Positions 9,095 through 18,748 of a DNA stretch of 64,000 nucleotides are shown here, piece by piece. A program made the position numbers and the translations under genes. Every line of letters begins with the position of its first letter. The first letter of the stretch is position 1. Below the pieces are notes generated by a model that saw only the letters and a program-made list of their open reading frames with translations, searched no databases and was not told the origin of the DNA. Location: positions 12,428-76,427 of the forward strand of contig PLTX01000059.1 in the NCBI GenBank assembly GCA_003164675.1, written 5' to 3'. This stretch comes from Verrucomicrobiota bacterium (GTDB lineage: Bacteria; Verrucomicrobiota; Verrucomicrobiia; Palsa-1439).

Positions 9095-10291
9095 ATGAAT
9101 CGATTGTTTCTTCCTCTCTCCCTCGGTGTCATGGCAATGGCCTGTTCCATCGCGCAGGCGGCGGATTCGCCGGTCATCAGGATCATCTCCAGCCTGCCGC
9201 GCACGGGCAGCGCGACCGCCCAGGCGCAAACGATGGTCAACGGCATCCGCATGGCCATCGACGAAGCGGGGGGCAAGGTCGGCGATTTCACCATTTCCTA
9301 TGAAGACTGGGACGATGCTTCGCCCGAGCGCGGCCAGTGGGATCCCGCCGTCGAAGCCGCCAACGCGCAAAAGGCCATTCAAGACCCCAACATCATGGCC
9401 TACATCGGCACGTATAACTCCGGCGCCGCGAAAATCGCGATGCCGATCCTGAACAAAGCCTCCCTCGTGATGGTCAGCCCCGCCAACACCTACCCCGGCC
9501 TCACGAAGCCGGGCCTCGGCGAAGCGAACGAGCCGCAGGTGTACCGCCCCTCCGGCAAGATCAATTACTTCCGCGTCGTGCCCGCCGACGACATTCAGGG
9601 CGAAGTTGCGGCAACGTGGGCCAAAGAACTCGGCGTGAAGAAAGTCTTCGTCCTCCATGACCGCGAATTGTACGGCAAAGGCGTGGCGGACGTGTTCAAG
9701 CGCGCCTGCGTCAGGCTCGGCATCCAGGTGGTTGGTTACGAAGGGATCGACCCCAAGGCGGCGAACTATCGCTCGCTCGTGACGAAGATCAAGAGCGCCG
9801 GTGCCGACATGGTGTATTTCGGCGGCACGACCCAGACGAATGCCGGCCAGATCGCCAAAGATCTCGTCGCTGGCGGCGCGAAAGTAAAACTCATGGTCCC
9901 CGATGGCTGCCGCGAACAGGCGCTTATCGAGTCCGCGGGCAAAGATAATCTCAACGATCGCGCCTACGTGACGTTTGGCGGACTGCCACCCGACCAGCTC
10001 AAGGGTCGTGGCAAGGAGTTCTACGAGAATTACAAAAAGAAGTACAACGCGGAGCCGGAAGCCTACGCCGTCTACGGCTACGAAGCCGCGCGCGTCGTGC
10101 TCGAAGGCATCAAACGCGCCGGCAAGAAGGATCGCGCCGCAATTACTGACGCCATCACCAATCTGCGCGACTTCGACGGCGTCCTCGGCAAATGGTCCTT
10201 CGACCAAAACGGCGACACCTCCCTCAAAGTCATGGCCGTCGAGGAAATCAAAGACGGCAAATTCACCCCCGTGAAAATCGTGGGGATGTAG
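9095..10291 (+). CDS. livK: Branched-chain amino acid ABC transporter substrate-binding protein
   Basis: Signal peptide, type-I periplasmic binding fold. First gene of the livK-H-M-G-F array. Confidence 0.85.
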   Translation: MNRLFLPLSLGVMAMACSIAQAADSPVIRIISSLPRTGSATAQAQTMVNGIRMAIDEAGGKVGDFTISYEDWDDASPERGQWDPAVEAANAQKAIQDPNIMAYIGTYNSGAAKIAMPILNKASLVMVSPANTYPGLTKPGLGEANEPQVYRPSGKINYFRVVPADDIQGEVAATWAKELGVKKVFVLHDRELYGKGVADVFKRACVRLGIQVVGYEGIDPKAANYRSLVTKIKSAGADMVYFGGTTQTNAGQIAKDLVAGGAKVKLMVPDGCREQALIESAGKDNLNDRAYVTFGGLPPDQLKGRGKEFYENYKKKYNAEPEAYAVYGYEAARVVLEGIKRAGKKDRAAITDAITNLRDFDGVLGKWSFDQNGDTSLKVMAVEEIKDGKFTPVKIVGM

Positions 10292-10293
10292 GA

Positions 10294-10626
10294 ATGAATA
10301 CTGAGAATCCAGCCGGAGGGACCCTCGGATCGAAAACTCTGTTTGTTGCAGGGCTGCTGATTCTCGTGGTTGGGTTGGCTGTCTTGTTGCTGACCCTTTT
10401 TGTGGTCCGCGGTCTCACGCATCATTCCATTTGGTACCTTCAGAAGTTTTTTGGTGCGGGAAGATCTCAGCAAGTCGGTTACGACCAGCTTTTTGACTAC
10501 GCCCGTGATATTACGAATCACCGCAACGCGCTGGCTGTAGGCTTATATTCCGCCGTTGGCATCCTGACCGTGGTGCTCGGGTTCGTCTTGATCTTGTGGT
10601 CTCGTGATCGCAAGCGCTTGCCATAG
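10294..10626 (+). CDS. Small hypothetical membrane protein (2 TM helices) inserted between livK and livH
   Basis: ATG 3 nt after the livK stop. Two hydrophobic helices. No recognised family. Confidence 0.45.
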   Translation: MNTENPAGGTLGSKTLFVAGLLILVVGLAVLLLTLFVVRGLTHHSIWYLQKFFGAGRSQQVGYDQLFDYARDITNHRNALAVGLYSAVGILTVVLGFVLILWSRDRKRLP

Positions 10627-10741
10627 GAGGCCCTCTTCCTCTCCGCTGTGCGCCGGTCTCCCGACCGCGCGCCTCGATTGACCGAACGTCTCCCTCTCTT
10701 TGCGATTGCGACGCTACTGCAGCGCCGCTACAGTGGGCCGC

Positions 10742-11704
10742 ATGTCGGGCAGTGAGATTTTCCTGCAACAACTGATTATCGGGCTGTCCAACGGCATGAT
10801 CATCGCCCTCATCGCGTTGGGCTACACGATGGTCTACGGCATCATCGAACTCATCAATTTTGCCCACGGCGACCTGTTCATGCTCGGCTGCTTTGCCGGG
10901 CTGACGCTCATTGGTCTTCTTGGACTCGACCAGGCTGTGGCGGGCACTTCGGGCACATGGATCGGCTTGATTCTCCTGTTGCTCATCGTTCCCATCTTCT
11001 GCGGCGGACTGAACTGGCTCGTCGATCGCCTCGCGTATCGTCACCTGCGTGAATCCACCAAGCTGGCGCCCCTCGTATCGGCCATCGGCGTGTCGTTCAT
11101 CTTCATGAATATTGGGTTGCTGTGGGGCGGCATCCCGATGAAGGTTTTTGGCTTCGGACGCGCCGCCGCTGCCCCGAAAGCCTTTCCGGAACTTGTTTCC
11201 AATGCCAACCTGCTCGGCCAAAGCGCCGTCGAGTTCACAGGCAAGGATGTGATGGTCTTCGTGGTGACGCTCCCGCTGATGGCCTTGCTCACCTGGTTCG
11301 TGAGACGCACGCGCGCGGGCAAAGCCATGCGCGCGGTGGCGCAGGACCGGCTGGCGGCCCAGTTGATGGGCATTCCCGTGGACCGGGTCATCGGCCAGAC
11401 ATTCCTGATCGGCGGCGGGTTGGCGGGTGTCGCCAGCGTGGTGTTCGCCGTTTACAACAACACGATCTATTTCCAAATGGGCTACCGCGCGGGCATCGAT
11501 GCCTTCACCGCGGCCGTGTTGGGCGGGATTGGCAGTTTGCCCGGCGCCGTGCTCGGTGGGTTGGTCATTGGTCTGGCCCGCGCGTTTTGTGACCAGTATC
11601 TGGAGACACGTTGGACAAATGTGCTCGTGTTCGCCGTGTTGATTCTCGTGCTCGTGTTCCGGCCGTCCGGGTTGTTCGGTTCTCGCGCGAAGGAGAAAGT
11701 GTAA
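10742..11704 (+). CDS. livH: Branched-chain amino acid ABC transporter permease
   Basis: Polytopic permease. Start ATG at 10742. TAATG junction with livM. Confidence 0.85.
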   Translation: MSGSEIFLQQLIIGLSNGMIIALIALGYTMVYGIIELINFAHGDLFMLGCFAGLTLIGLLGLDQAVAGTSGTWIGLILLLLIVPIFCGGLNWLVDRLAYRHLRESTKLAPLVSAIGVSFIFMNIGLLWGGIPMKVFGFGRAAAAPKAFPELVSNANLLGQSAVEFTGKDVMVFVVTLPLMALLTWFVRRTRAGKAMRAVAQDRLAAQLMGIPVDRVIGQTFLIGGGLAGVASVVFAVYNNTIYFQMGYRAGIDAFTAAVLGGIGSLPGAVLGGLVIGLARAFCDQYLETRWTNVLVFAVLILVLVFRPSGLFGSRAKEKV

Positions 11705-12759
11705 TGGCCGCGCGTCGCAAAATCCTCTTTCACTGGTCGTTCCTCATCGTGGCGGCCTTGATCCCGTTGATCGAGCTGGTGGTTCCCGGTAACCATCACA
11801 TCGGCGATCTGCTGCGCCCGATTTTCATCATGGCGATGCTTGGTCTTGGTCTGAACATCCTCACCGGGTTCACCGGTCTCTTGAATCTCGGTGTCGCGGC
11901 GTTCATGGCCGTCGGCGCGTACAGCTATGCCATTCTCACGTGCGACATCTATCCGTTTCGACTTGGTTTCTGGTCGGCAACGCTCATCACCGTGCTCGTG
12001 GGACTGACGGTTGGACTGTTCCTCGGCCTGCCCACGATTCGGTTGCGTGGAGATTATCTGGCCATCGTGACACTCGGGTTCGGCGAAATCGTCGAAGATG
12101 TGCTCAAGAACCTCGATTCGATTACGAAAGGCACCCAGGGCATTAATCCCCTGCCCTCGCCTTCGCTCTTCGGCTATCAGTTTCGACCGGAAACGTATCA
12201 ACCGTGGTATTACCTTTTCCTCGGCTTCCTGGCGCTTCTCGTATTGGTAAACCGCAACCTGCAACGCTCCCGCGTTGGCCGCGCGTGGATCTCCATCCGC
12301 GAAGACGAACTCGCCTCCTCCTGCATGGGCATCAACCCGATGAAGATGAAACTCCTCGCGTTCGCCCTCGGCGCCGCGCAATGCAGTCTCGCGGGCGCGC
12401 TCTGGGCGAGTTACCTCGGGTCCAGCGGCGAGCCGGGCAATTATGATTTTCAGGTTTCCATCATTGCGTTGTGCATGGTGATCGTCGGCGGCATGGGCAA
12501 TATAGGCGGCGTGTTGCTCGGCGCGCTGGTCATCACGGGCTTCAACTCGATCGTGCTCGAAACGCTCACGAATTTCCTCAAAGCGCATCAGATCATCAAC
12601 AGCTCGAATGTGTTCACCGCTCCCGGCAACTGGAAATACATGCTCTATGGACTCGCGCTTGTCCTCATGATGCGATTCCGTCCCGAAGGCCTCCTCCCGT
12701 CGAAGCAGTTGAAGGCCGAACTTCATCCCCAAGAACCACATCCTCCCCCGCCATCATGA
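11704..12759 (+). CDS. livM: Branched-chain amino acid ABC transporter permease
   Basis: Polytopic permease. ATGA junction with livG. Confidence 0.85.
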   Translation: MAARRKILFHWSFLIVAALIPLIELVVPGNHHIGDLLRPIFIMAMLGLGLNILTGFTGLLNLGVAAFMAVGAYSYAILTCDIYPFRLGFWSATLITVLVGLTVGLFLGLPTIRLRGDYLAIVTLGFGEIVEDVLKNLDSITKGTQGINPLPSPSLFGYQFRPETYQPWYYLFLGFLALLVLVNRNLQRSRVGRAWISIREDELASSCMGINPMKMKLLAFALGAAQCSLAGALWASYLGSSGEPGNYDFQVSIIALCMVIVGGMGNIGGVLLGALVITGFNSIVLETLTNFLKAHQIINSSNVFTAPGNWKYMLYGLALVLMMRFRPEGLLPSKQLKAELHPQEPHPPPPS

Positions 12760-13802
12760 ATATCCTCGAGATTTCCGATCTGACGGTGCGGTTCGGCGGA
12801 CTCACCGCGGTGAATGCCGTGTCGCTGGACGTCCCCGCTGAGGAAATCGTCTCTGTCATCGGTCCAAATGGCGCCGGCAAAACCACGCTCTTCAACGCCG
12901 TCACGGGCGTGCACGAACCGACCGCCGGTCGCATCCACTTCGATGGACGGGAAACGCGCCGACCGTTCCGGGCGACGACCGCGCTGGCGTTGGCGCTCGT
13001 CGGTTTCGTCGCCGCGCTAAGCCTCGTCCTGATCGCCAATATCGAGCCGCTGTGGGACGCGGTCATCACGACGAATTACGTCTATCAGCAGGCGTTCCCG
13101 TGGCAGAAAACGCCCGGTGCGGCGGTGAGCTATTTCGCCGAGGAACCCGGACGACGCTTCCTGATTCCCTTTCTCATCGGCGGAATCACCGGGCTTGCTG
13201 GCGCATACGCGATCTGGGCCCGCACCCGCTACGCACCAGAAGTGGCGGCGCGGGCTGGTATCGCCCGCACCTTCCAGAACATCCGCCTGTTCAATCAAAT
13301 GACCGTTCTCGACAACGTGCTGCTGGGAATGGACAGCCGGTTACACATGCGATTCTGGCACGCAGCGCTACGGCTGCCTCTCTACTGGCGAGAGCGACAG
13401 GAAGCCGAGCAGCGGGCCATGGAAATCCTGCGGTTCGTTCGGCTGGATCAGGAAACCCATCAACTTGCCGAGAACCTCTCCTATGGCCACCAACGCCGCC
13501 TCGAAATCGCCCGCGCCCTGGCCATCCAGCCCCGTCTCCTGCTTCTCGACGAACCCGCCGCCGGGATGAATCCCGCTGAGGCGCAGGAATTGATGAAGCT
13601 GATCCACGATATTCGCCAGCGGGGTGTCACGGTGCTGCTCATCGAACACCACATGCTTGTCGTGATGGGAATCTCCGACCGCATCGCTGTCCTCGATCAC
13701 GGCGAGAAAATCGCGGAGGGCACTCCCGCCGAAGTGCGAAACAACGCGCGTGTTATCGAAGCGTATCTCGGGAAGGACCACGAGGATGCTGCTGCAACTT
13801 GA
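12756..13802 (+). CDS. livG: Branched-chain amino acid ABC transporter ATP-binding protein, with a ~95-aa hydrophobic insertion
   Basis: Walker A GPNGAGKTT, Q-loop, LSYGHQRRLEIARAL signature, Walker B LLLLDEPAAG. The two-helix insert lies between Walker A and the Q-loop. Confidence 0.85.
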   Translation: MNILEISDLTVRFGGLTAVNAVSLDVPAEEIVSVIGPNGAGKTTLFNAVTGVHEPTAGRIHFDGRETRRPFRATTALALALVGFVAALSLVLIANIEPLWDAVITTNYVYQQAFPWQKTPGAAVSYFAEEPGRRFLIPFLIGGITGLAGAYAIWARTRYAPEVAARAGIARTFQNIRLFNQMTVLDNVLLGMDSRLHMRFWHAALRLPLYWRERQEAEQRAMEILRFVRLDQETHQLAENLSYGHQRRLEIARALAIQPRLLLLDEPAAGMNPAEAQELMKLIHDIRQRGVTVLLIEHHMLVVMGISDRIAVLDHGEKIAEGTPAEVRNNARVIEAYLGKDHEDAAAT

Positions 13803-14493
13803 GGAAGTGCACGCCGGCTATGGCGCGATCGAGGTGCTGAAGGGTGTCAGCATCGGCGTCGAGGAAGGCGAAATCGTCGCGGTGCTCGGGGCAAACGGCG
13901 CGGGCAAATCCACCATGTTGATGACCATCAGCGGGATCAACCGCTGTCGTCAGGGACGAATCCTGTTCGATGGCGAAGCAATCCAGAACCGGCCACCGCA
14001 CGAGATTGTGCAGCGCGGAATCTCGCAGTCTCCGGAAGGACGGCGTATTTTCCCGCGTCTGAGCGTACGAGAGAATCTGGAGATGGGAGCCTTTCAGCGT
14101 GGTCACGGCAACGGATTGGGCGACGATGTGGAACGCGTCTTCACGGCATTTCCGATTCTGAAGGAGCGGCAGTCGCAACTGGGCGGCACATTGAGCGGTG
14201 GCGAGCAGCAAATGCTGGCGATCTCTCGCGCCCTGATGGCGCGGCCAAAGTTACTCCTGCTCGATGAACCGTCGCTTGGTCTTGCGCCAATGGTCGTGAC
14301 GAGAATCTTCAACATCATCCGCGAGATCAATCGTCAGGGCACCACGATTCTGCTCGTGGAACAGAACGCGAACATGGCGCTCCATGTCGCGCATCGGGGG
14401 TATGTGCTGGAAACGGGCAGAATTGTGTTGGAAGATACCGCCGCCAATCTGATAAGCAATGAACAGGTGAAGAGGTCTTACTTGGGAGGTTGA
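13786..14493 (+). CDS. livF: Branched-chain amino acid ABC transporter ATP-binding protein
   Basis: Walker A GANGAGKST, signature LSGGEQQMLAISRAL, Walker B LLLLDEPS. Confidence 0.9.
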   Translation: MLLQLEEVHAGYGAIEVLKGVSIGVEEGEIVAVLGANGAGKSTMLMTISGINRCRQGRILFDGEAIQNRPPHEIVQRGISQSPEGRRIFPRLSVRENLEMGAFQRGHGNGLGDDVERVFTAFPILKERQSQLGGTLSGGEQQMLAISRALMARPKLLLLDEPSLGLAPMVVTRIFNIIREINRQGTTILLVEQNANMALHVAHRGYVLETGRIVLEDTAANLISNEQVKRSYLGG

Positions 14494-14610
14494 CGACTGC
14501 ATGAGCAGACAGACGGTGGCGCTCGTTGGCGCCCCCGCCGGTAGCTTGCAATCTGATGCCATTATCGTCGCCCACGTATCGGATGCGCGAAGGGCGATCA
14601 AGGCCTTGCG

Positions 14611-15303
14611 CTAGTCAGCCGCGTCGAGTCGCCGCCGCGCGCGCGCGAACACGGCATCGAACATAGATTCCGTCAACTTGCCCGTGTTGGTGTTCTGCCG
14701 GCTTGGATGATAGGAGGCAATCAGCGCCGGCAACCCACCGCCGAGTTCGTAGATCGTGTTGTGCGCAAACCGGGGCACCGGCTTGGGCAACGCGACGCCG
14801 AGTCGGCGCAAACTTTTCAGATAATTGTCGAACGCGAACTTGCCGAGCGCAATCACGACTCGCAAATGTTTCAGGCGCCTCAATTCCTCATCGAAGTAAA
14901 CACGGCAGTGTTCGATCTCCTGGGGTAGCGGCTTGTTGTCGGGCGGCGCGCAATGGAGCACGGCGGTGATATAGCAATCGAGCAGTTTCAACCCGTCATC
15001 GCGCCGCTGCCATGTCGGCTGATTGGCGAAGCCGGCCTTGTGCAACGCGCGGAACAGCCAGCGACCCGAAGAATCGCCCGTAAAAAATCGTCCCGTGCGG
15101 TTCCCCCCGTGCGCCGCCGGGGCCAGGCCGATGATGAGCAGCCGCGCGCTCGGATGGCCAAAACTCGGCAGCGGTTTTGCCCAATAATCCCAGTCACGAA
15201 ACTCCCGCTTCTTGTCGCGGCCGATTCCCTCCCGATAGGTTGTCAATCGCGGACAAAGCCGGCACCGAATGATTCGCTGATTGAGCTTGTCGTGCCAGTC
15301 CAT
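14611..15303 (-). CDS. udg: Uracil-DNA glycosylase, family 4
   Basis: N-terminal CxxC (CRLCPRL), GLAPAAHGGNRTGRFFTGDSSG motif, C-terminal HPS motif. Confidence 0.85.
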   Translation of the reverse strand: MDWHDKLNQRIIRCRLCPRLTTYREGIGRDKKREFRDWDYWAKPLPSFGHPSARLLIIGLAPAAHGGNRTGRFFTGDSSGRWLFRALHKAGFANQPTWQRRDDGLKLLDCYITAVLHCAPPDNKPLPQEIEHCRVYFDEELRRLKHLRVVIALGKFAFDNYLKSLRRLGVALPKPVPRFAHNTIYELGGGLPALIASYHPSRQNTNTGKLTESMFDAVFARARRRLDAAD

Positions 15304-15308
15304 CGGGC

Positions 15309-16316
15309 TCAGACCTTGTGGGCGATCCATTCGTCGCGGAATTGCCGCATGCGTTGTTGAGATTGTGCCAGACGCTGGGGGCGAATCCGGCCTGACTCAA
15401 CGGCCTTGGTAAGCGCTTCGTGCGCGGCCAGGGCCTTTTCCGCGGTGTGGCAAACAAGGATCATGTCCGCCCCGACATCGAACGCGTCGACAACCGCTTC
15501 CTGAAACGGACGAATCTGCGAAATCGCCCCCATCTCCATGTCGTCGGTAAGCACGAGTCCACCGAAGCCGAGTTGATTTCGCAGAAGTTCGGTCACGATC
15601 GCCTTTGACACCGATGCCGGTCGCGGTTTTTTCCCGTCAAACGCGGGATAATGCCCGTGTCCGACCATGATGGCGGTGAGCCGACGCATCAGCTTCAAGT
15701 ACGGCACAACATCTTCTGCCAGCAGTTGCTCGCGTGTGCGTTCGATCGTCGGGAGTTTCTCGTGGGAATCGAGTGCCGCCCCGCCCAGCCCCGGAAAATG
15801 TTTCGGGCAGGCCGCGACGCCCTCTCGTTCGAGTCCCTCCAGGAACGCGCCCGCCCAGCGGCTCACTTCATCGGCGGTCCGGCCCCAGCAACGTTCCCGC
15901 AGCGCGTTGTCGGTCTTCACGTCAAATAACTCCAGGTCCAGCACGGGGGCGAGGTCGATGTCGACCCCGAACTGATGCAGCCAATGGCCCGTTGTTCGAC
16001 CGAAATCCTCCGCCTGCTCCATATTGCCTGATTTCTTGATCTCGGCGATGGTGGGCGCTTCGCCAATGATGTTGCGCAAGCGGTTAACGCGACCGTGCTC
16101 CTGGTCAACCGCAATTAGCGGACGATAAGCGAGCTTCGTGCGCAAGGTTCGGGTCAACGCCCGAAGTTCCGCGGCATTGTCGATGTTGCGCGCAAACAGC
16201 ACAATGCCGCCCGGTCGCACGGATTCGAGCACTCGCCGTGTACCGGCGCCCAGCGTGGCACCGGGCAATCCGATGAACAAGTGTTGCCCCAAATGCATTT
16301 CTTTCGGCGAGGTCAT
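15309..16316 (-). CDS. nagZ: Beta-N-acetylhexosaminidase (GH3)
   Basis: GH3 N-terminal domain motifs (KHFPGLGG, LVLTDDMEMGA). Confidence 0.85.
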   Translation of the reverse strand: MTSPKEMHLGQHLFIGLPGATLGAGTRRVLESVRPGGIVLFARNIDNAAELRALTRTLRTKLAYRPLIAVDQEHGRVNRLRNIIGEAPTIAEIKKSGNMEQAEDFGRTTGHWLHQFGVDIDLAPVLDLELFDVKTDNALRERCWGRTADEVSRWAGAFLEGLEREGVAACPKHFPGLGGAALDSHEKLPTIERTREQLLAEDVVPYLKLMRRLTAIMVGHGHYPAFDGKKPRPASVSKAIVTELLRNQLGFGGLVLTDDMEMGAISQIRPFQEAVVDAFDVGADMILVCHTAEKALAAHEALTKAVESGRIRPQRLAQSQQRMRQFRDEWIAHKV

Positions 16317-16408
16317 GGAATTCGATCAGTTGCGCGGCGGCTTGTTCCGTGTCACACTCCCTTGTATCATTTGCGTGGACAGATGGTCAAACGTCACCAG
16401 GAGGCGGC

Positions 16409-16813
16409 ATGAAGAAGTTTACGGAACTGACGATTGTGACGCCCAACGCCCCCGGCAAGCTCGCCGAGGTGTTGCGGGCTCTGGCAACCTCCAAAGTCAA
16501 CCTGATCGCCATCGACTCATCGTCCGGCTACGACCTCAACATGGTGCGGCTGGTGACGAACGACCCGCCGAAGGCGCGCAAGGCTTTGGAGAAGCTGGGC
16601 TACAGCGCGACCGAATCCATCGTGCTGGGCATCACCATCTCCGACAAACCCGGCCAGCTCGCCCACATCGCCGCCACCATTTCAAAATCCCGCGTGAACA
16701 TCGACTACATGTACGCCACCGCCGTGGCATACGATCAACCAGCCATGGTCATCATACGTGTGGCGGAAGCCGGCGCCGCAGAAAAGGCCCTGCGCATCGC
16801 CAAGATTGTTTGA
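16409..16813 (+). CDS. ACT-domain protein
   Basis: Two ACT-like beta-alpha-beta-beta-alpha-beta units. About 135 aa. Confidence 0.55.
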   Translation: MKKFTELTIVTPNAPGKLAEVLRALATSKVNLIAIDSSSGYDLNMVRLVTNDPPKARKALEKLGYSATESIVLGITISDKPGQLAHIAATISKSRVNIDYMYATAVAYDQPAMVIIRVAEAGAAEKALRIAKIV

Positions 16814-16831
16814 GCGAACGTTGAGAGACGG

Positions 16832-17173
16832 CTATCCCCGTCCAAAGCCGAATTTCACGGTGGGCGCCGGGTGGTCCTGACAGGCTTGGTTGGTGGGAAC
16901 GTCGGTGGACGCGGCGCTGGGCTTGATGTAGCCCTTCTTGATCAACCACGCCTCGACTTCTTCACCGCTCACATCGGCCAGAATCTGGCCGTCAATCTCC
17001 AGCGTCGGCTGGAGCGGCTGGCCGCTTCTCGCGACCATCTCCTCGTAATTGGCGGGGTTGTTCATGACGTCGCGGTCGTCAAACGGAAGGTCATACTTCC
17101 GCAGCACCGCGCGCACGCCGTTACTCCATCCACAGCTCGGTTTCAGCCAGGCAATAATTTGCGGTTGACTCAT
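16832..17173 (-). CDS. Glutaredoxin-family protein
   Basis: Thioredoxin-fold N-terminus with a CGWS active-site motif. C-terminal extension. Confidence 0.55.
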   Translation of the reverse strand: MSQPQIIAWLKPSCGWSNGVRAVLRKYDLPFDDRDVMNNPANYEEMVARSGQPLQPTLEIDGQILADVSGEEVEAWLIKKGYIKPSAASTDVPTNQACQDHPAPTVKFGFGRG

Positions 17174-17275
17174 AAGGTTCTCACGCCTCCATCCCTATCT
17201 GTGCACGAAGAACTTTCAAAAAGCAAGCGGACGACTTGCGCGCCTTGTATTTGCTGCCTCCCGTCATTTCGGCGA

Positions 17276-17986
17276 ATGGCACCTAAGTTGCTCATTACGT
17301 GGATGATGACTTTAATGGGCGAGATTCAACTGCTGCTGGAGCGCACCTACGGAACCACGGGCGTAAACTTCGAGGATTTCATTCTCAGCCGACAGCGCAG
17401 CCGCGCTCTGTCGGAGATGGCAGGCGCCAGCGCCGCGCAGATCTCGGATTTGGGACGGGTATTCTTGCGAATCGTGGACGGCAAGCTGCGCCTGGGGATT
17501 CACTATGACCCGAGCGTCATTGAGGCGTTGGAGGGGAACAATCCCGCCTGCGGATTGAACGACGAAAACATCGTTCCGTTCATGGTGTTTTTGGAAGAAC
17601 TCGATCACGCCGTTCACGCGGCCCTGAAGTTTCACGAAGGGATCCGCGACATTCACAGCGAATCGTTTGTGCGCGATCTCGAACTGCAAGCGAAAGTCGA
17701 CACCTATCTGGTTCTCCAGAAGTACTGCGCGTTTTTCAACAGCCCGCAAAAGCTGACCGATGCCGATCGCCGCTGGCTCAAAGCGTGTGTGTTCGACCAC
17801 GACAATGCCGTCTTTGAGGAACCGGTGCTGGCCGAACGCTACCACGAAACCAATCGGCTCGCCCGCCGTTATGCGCGTCATCTCGACGGTCTTCCGCGGA
17901 GCCGGCGCACCACGGAAATCCGCCGTTTTCGAAAGCTGACCTACAGCCAGAAACGCGACCGCATCGCCGTCGCCGTCGCCCGGTAG
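17276..17986 (+). CDS. Hypothetical protein
   Basis: 236-aa ORF with coding-like composition. No recognisable motifs. Confidence 0.4.
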   Translation: MAPKLLITWMMTLMGEIQLLLERTYGTTGVNFEDFILSRQRSRALSEMAGASAAQISDLGRVFLRIVDGKLRLGIHYDPSVIEALEGNNPACGLNDENIVPFMVFLEELDHAVHAALKFHEGIRDIHSESFVRDLELQAKVDTYLVLQKYCAFFNSPQKLTDADRRWLKACVFDHDNAVFEEPVLAERYHETNRLARRYARHLDGLPRSRRTTEIRRFRKLTYSQKRDRIAVAVAR

Positions 17987-18069
17987 TGTCTGCCCGGTCA
18001 GCAGTCTGTCGGGTTTTAGAAAATACTTCTGGAATTCTCTGGCCGCTTCCATTAACACCGTAGCGACCC

Positions 18070-18747
18070 ATGAACATGCTGCTGCGGCTCCTTACGTCCT
18101 CATTGGGGAAAAAGTTCCTCATGGCCGTTACCGGCGCGGGACTTTTCCTGTTTGTCATCGGCCATCTGCTGGGAAACCTGCAGATTTTTCTGGGACCGGA
18201 GGCCGTCAACCGCTACGGCCACTTCTTGCAAACGACACCCGAGATTCTGTGGCCGGCCCGCGTCGGCTTGTTGGCGTTTGTGATCATCCATATTTGGACG
18301 TCCATTTCATTGACCTTGGAAAACCGGGCCGCGCGCGCCGCCCGGTATGACGTGAAAGAAGTTGTGGCCGCCACCCTTGCGTCCCGCACGATGATCTGGA
18401 GCGGTCTCATCATTGTCGCGTTTGTCGCGTTCCACCTGGCCCATTACACCTTGCTGATCGTCCACCCTGAATTTCGCGACCTGCACGATGCCAACGGCTG
18501 GCATGATATTTATCGGATGATGGTTCTGGGTTTCTCGAACTATTGGGTGTCGGGATTCTACGTTCTCGGCATCGGCCTTCTGTCCATTCATCTGAGCCAT
18601 GGCGCCAGCGCAATGTTTCAATCGCTGGGCCTGAAGAACGAGGCCTACACATGCGCGATTGACGGTTTCGCGAGGGTCGCGGCGGTGATAATCTTTCTCG
18701 GCTATATTTCCATTCCGCTCGCGGTGTTGGCGGGGGTGGTGAAATAA
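18070..18747 (+). CDS. sdhC: Succinate dehydrogenase/fumarate reductase cytochrome b subunit (b558, 5-TM type)
   Basis: 5 TM helices with conserved His ligands. Immediately upstream of sdhA. Confidence 0.85.
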   Translation: MNMLLRLLTSSLGKKFLMAVTGAGLFLFVIGHLLGNLQIFLGPEAVNRYGHFLQTTPEILWPARVGLLAFVIIHIWTSISLTLENRAARAARYDVKEVVAATLASRTMIWSGLIIVAFVAFHLAHYTLLIVHPEFRDLHDANGWHDIYRMMVLGFSNYWVSGFYVLGIGLLSIHLSHGASAMFQSLGLKNEAYTCAIDGFARVAAVIIFLGYISIPLAVLAGVVK

Positions 18748-18748
18748 C

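Noticed and set aside
8402-10207. 601-aa ORF on the minus strand
   Set aside because: Antisense to livK and the lpxC-fabZ start. Arg/Gly/Ala-rich with no motifs. The sense genes have clear family signatures.
11482-12741. 419-aa minus-strand ORF, and others antisense to sdhA, ctpA, uvrD, korA and the O-antigen ligase (19607-20641, 25985-27700, 60443-61627, 31469-32209, 3811-5196)
   Set aside because: Long open frames are expected by chance in ~62% GC DNA. Each is antisense to a gene with strong domain evidence.
14500-14613. 38-codon ORF between livF and udg
   Set aside because: Too short and no ribosome-binding site. Likely just the 3' UTR or terminator region.
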